This document shows, in pieces, positions 60,182 through 64,000 of a stretch of 64,000 nt of DNA. Position 1 is the first letter of the stretch. Each line of letters begins with the position of its first letter. Origin of the DNA: Leucoraja ocellata. Lineage: Eukaryota. Location of the stretch: assembly GCA_036785375.1 (NCBI GenBank), contig JAWMAR010000541.1, positions 248,001 to 312,000 on the forward strand, in the 5' to 3' direction. The notes under the pieces were generated by a model that saw only the letters and a program-made list of their open reading frames with translations, was not told the DNA's origin and ran no database searches. Position numbers and translations under genes: made by a program.

Positions 60182-62460
60182 TACTATAGGCAAAAGCTCC
60201 AGAGACATAGGAAATCGCCTTGCCGACGAGGCAGCTGAGAAAGTTTTTAGGAGTCACCAAATTGTTGTGTCCCACATGATGAGGCATACTAAAAATTATA
60301 CTATCAATAAGTCTCCCACAGAAAAAGGAATGACAACCATCCAAGAAGTACTTCAAGTATAGGAGGATGCTCCTGCACAGGTAAAACAGCTGTGGCAGGA
60401 CTAGGGTTGTATGTAGCTTATGGGTTATGCCTGCCGGACAGACTTGCATGTCTGACAAGCTTGCGTTGTGGGTTATTGAATGTGTACACTTTGCAACTCA
60501 TTGTGGGGCCAAGGCCATAAGTGATATGCTTTTAGAGACCTGGTGGCATCCGAAACTTCTGGACTTGTCCCAGGGTATCAGCCAGCGCTGTCTGATTTGC
60601 CAGCAGCATAATCCAGGCAAGAGCTTGCCCTGTGAACCAGGTAAGACCCTTTCACCACCAGGTCCCTTTGAGACCTTGCAAATGGACTACATTGAGTAGG
60701 AAAGATGTCAGTGTCATAAGTATGTTCTTGTAATTATTGATGTTCTCAGTAAATGGATAGTTAGCGTTAGCGCCTCTCATGTGTGTGGTAGCATTATGTT
60801 TGTGAATAAATCAGACCAAGAGGAAATATAAAAGATTCAAGGGACTGAGTGGATGATGTTTGAAAGATTCTGTGTGTAACCGATTTTACAAAGGATGTGA
60901 GTTTATTGCAATAGACAGAATCGGGGTTGTAAAATGAGCAAATGCAAAGGTGTTGTTAATAAATCATGTATCTGGGGCGTTACTGCGCTGTATAAAACTG
61001 CAGTTGCCGCGTGCCTGCCACTGAGCTGGTCCCCTAACACCGCCAGTACTGTCTGTGTGTGAAACCATGTGGACAAATGAAATGGATTGAAGCATATCCG
61101 GCCACTAACAATAAGGCCTCTACCGTTGTAAAAATATTGTTACGCAAAATCATGCCGTGATTCTGTGTTCCTGCGCGTTTAAGTTCATATAACGGTCCTC
61201 ATTTTATTGCTGCTATAAACAAAGAAATGTGCCAGCAATTACAGATACATCAACAGTTCCATTGTCCTTAGGTCGCCGAATTAGTGGAACAAGCAAACCA
61301 GACTTTGAAAACCAAATTAGCAAAATTAGTGGCTTAACATGGTTAAAACTGCTTCCGTAGTTCTTTTTCAGATACGGACCACTCCTCCTGGTACAGCATG
61401 ACTAACGCCTGCGGAAATCATATGTGGTCGACCTTTACGGACGCCATGGAATGACCACGCCTCCGTGATGGTCCATTTCCACCAGATGACTGAGGAAATG
61501 GGTATAACCATGCATAGTTCCTTGAAGGTGGAATCTCATATAGATAGGGTGGTAAAGAAAGCTTTTGGTATGCTAGCCTTTATAAATCAGAGCATTGAGT
61601 ATAGAAGCTGGGATGTAATGTTAAAATTGTACAAGGCATTGGTGAGACCAAATCTGGAGTATGGTGTACAATTTTGGTCGCCCAATTATAGGAAGGATGT
61701 CAACAAAATAGAGAGAGTACAGAGGAGATTTACTAGAATGTTGCCTGGGTTTCAACAACTAAGTTACAGAGATAGGTTGAATAAGTTAGGTCTTTATTCT
61801 CTGGAGCGCAGAAGGTTAAGGGGGGACCTGATAGAGGTCTTTAAAATGATGAGAGGGATAGACATAGTTGATGTGGACAAGCTTTTCCCTTTGAGAATAG
61901 GGAGGATTCAAACAAGAGGACATGACTTCAGAATTAAGGGACAGAAGTTTAGGGGTAATATGAGGGGGAACTTCTTTACACAGAGAGTGGTGGCGGTGTG
62001 GAATGAGCTTCCAGTGGAAGTGGTGGAGGCAGGTTCATTGGTATCATTTAAAAATAAATTGGATAGGCATATGGATGAGAAGGGAATGGAGGGTTATGGT
62101 ATGAGTGCAGGCAGGTGGGACTAAGGGGGAAAAAAATTTGTTCGGCATGGACTTGTAGGGCCGAGATGGCCTGTTTCCGTGCTGTAATTGTTATATGGTT
62201 ATATGGAAATGACATCCTATGTATTAACGTTAACCCATGCTTTGCGAACTTCTCATTCGCAGGCCAGGGCTGCATATGGTGAGGTGCTAGCCCTCAAAGT
62301 TCCATCTAATATTGAGCTAGGTTGCTATGTGCTGGTCAGGAACTGGACGCATAGGAACCTCGACCAACGTTGGGATGGTCCTTTCCAGGTCCTCCTCACC
62401 ACTCCGACCGCTGCCAAGGTTGAGGGTCGCTCTGCATTGGTTCATCTGAACCACTGCAAT
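60182..62460 (+). mobile_element. Class I (gamma/epsilon-like) endogenous retrovirus pol remnant: RNase H end and integrase
   Basis: GNRLADEAA; HFATHCG...CLICQQHN (HHCC); GPFETLQMDYIE, IDVLSKWIEAYP, NGPHF; C-terminal RWDGPFQVLLTTPTAAKVEG. Confidence 0.88.
61501..62204 (+). mobile_element. Young 5'-truncated CR1 inserted in the ERV integrase, GGAAATG TSD
   Basis: Open CR1 C-terminal frame; GGAAATG at 61494-61500 and 62205-62211. Confidence 0.92.
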
Positions 62461-62654
62461 TTTGCTTGGGAGTTATATTCTTATAAGTTTATTTTTGAAT
62501 CTTAGTAAGTTTAGTTTTTGAATCCTTATTTTGCTTTATGGTAAAGAATATGCGACTGATTACTGGACTGACTGAAGGACATTTAAATTGAGTGAATAGT
62601 TGTTTAAGCTAGGAAAGTAAGAAATTAGCCTTTGCACATGCCAGATAAATTAAA

Positions 62655-63540
62655 ATAATAATGTTTATTTATATAGCACTTTTCAACAAAATCAATTTGA
62701 ACCAAAGTGCTTTACAGAGATTGATTAAACTAATTGAACAGATGAAATGTCAATAAATCCATACAAAATAAAAATAAAAAGAAAATAAAAGACACAGAAC
62801 AGTACACTATAGAAATCAACAAGAAACGTCCCCCCACAGCAGAATTCACTGTGAGGGAAGGCACTAAAAATATCCAGTTCTCCCCCTCATAGTCCACCCG
62901 AGGTCGGGGTCTATATGTGGCCTCCTCAGCCAACTCGATGTTTTCAGGCCCTCTTGCCGCGAAGCTAGATCATCGGCGTCGGGTGAACATTCTTCAGCGG
63001 CCTGGACTGAAGCGGCCGCTTCCTCCCTGAAGACTGCATTGTCCAAAGTTCACAGGCCGCGCCGGTTGGACCTCTGACTCTGGCGGACTCGGATACCAGG
63101 CCCCGCGGTGTTGAAATCCAGTGCCGCCCGCGGCTGGACGCTCTGCAGCCGCAGCTCAACGATGTTGGAGTCGGCGTTCACAGTGCCCCGGAGCTTACCA
63201 CAAGGCGACCCGGTAAGGCATCGCCCGCTCCGTGTTGGTGTTGGTGTCCCGGCATCTACACCGCTGGCGAAGCTGTAGTCCCAGCAGGAAATCGTCGCTC
63301 CAGCGCTGCTCCAGCTCGATGGTAGGCCGCACAGAGAGGACGAAGAAGCGGTTCGGAAGAAAACCGCATCTCCGACCAGGTAGGACTGGGATTAAAAGTT
63401 TCCCCCGTCCCCTCCCCCACCCACCACATAAAAGATTAGACCTCCAAAATAAAAATATACAGTAAAAAGGGTGAAAAGACGGACTGCAGGAGGAGCAACC
63501 ATACACAACGGCGCATCACCCCCGCAGTCCGCCATTTTGA
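62655..63540 (-). mobile_element. Non-coding LINE-tailed element (L2-like 3' end, GC-rich 5' part)
   Basis: The minus strand starts with AAAATGGCGG and ends GTAAAGCACTTTG...AAAGTGCTATATAAATAAAC(ATT)n. Confidence 0.55.
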
Positions 63541-64000
63541 ATGAGGCTATTCATCCTGCTATGTATCCTGATGCTACTACAGATGGAGGGAAATGAAGGA
63601 AAAATTTGACGGTGTGTCCAGGGGTAAACAAGCAGAGTGTTTCACCTCTGCAAAGGAGATGTGGTACAGTGCCATGGCCCGGATGCCTTTGGATCCTGGA
63701 ACGCCACCAAGATAACTGACACCTGTGGGAATTATCCTGTTGATATCGGAAGTGCAAGTTTGGCTTTTTCTGCAGGCGGAATCCCTTTGAAGACAACTCG
63801 GCAAGGACATTTGTTTGATGGACTAATCTATCGAAAAGCATTAGAGGTATACCCTTGGTTACAGAAGAACGGACAGGAGCAAAAGACACGGGAAAATCGG
63901 CCATTGGAAGAAAAAGACTCTAACAAGCCCATAATGAACTGTTTGGTAAAGGACAAATTATGTGTTACCCTGCTATGAAATCCGTTAGTAGCCTATTTGC

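Noticed and set aside
54547-64000. Search for class II alpha exons 1 and 2
   Set aside because: No leader or alpha1-like exon was recognised in the sequenced bases, so none was annotated. They are probably in the gap or beyond the window.

Overview
Repeat-dense vertebrate genomic DNA, most likely from a cartilaginous fish (skate/ray-like; inferred from the class II sequences and the repeat families). It is part of the MHC class II region. Two genes lie on the minus strand in head-to-tail order. The class II alpha gene has its Ig/alpha2 exon at 54265-54546 and its TM/cytoplasmic exon at 38590-38735; exons 1-2 were not found. Downstream, the class II beta gene has its leader exon at 14870-14966, beta1 exon at 8337-8603 (three 1-nt deletions), TM exon at 5889-6005 and a candidate cytoplasmic exon at 5733-5770; its beta2 exon is probably in the N-gap. 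Nearly everything else is transposable-element debris: many CR1 LINEs, L1/Tx1, Rex1/Babar, Penelope and short Penelope-type palindromic elements with hammerhead-like cores, V-SINE/HE1-like SINEs, two DIRS tyrosine-recombinase retrotransposons, a Passport-like Tc1, foldback MITEs, Helitron-like ends, and a class I (gamma/epsilon-like) endogenous retrovirus pol remnant. There are two assembly gaps (7776-8093, 56594-56793). The most unusual structure is just upstream of the beta promoter: a split, 5'-inverted CR1 enclosing a 5'-truncated, near-intact DIRS. This geometry suggests a LINE carried a DIRS by twin-primed retrotransposition. The adjacent beta promoter has three tandem Y boxes but no visible S/X box. 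I see no evidence for a wholly new gene system. TE boundaries are approximate unless termini or TSDs are quoted.
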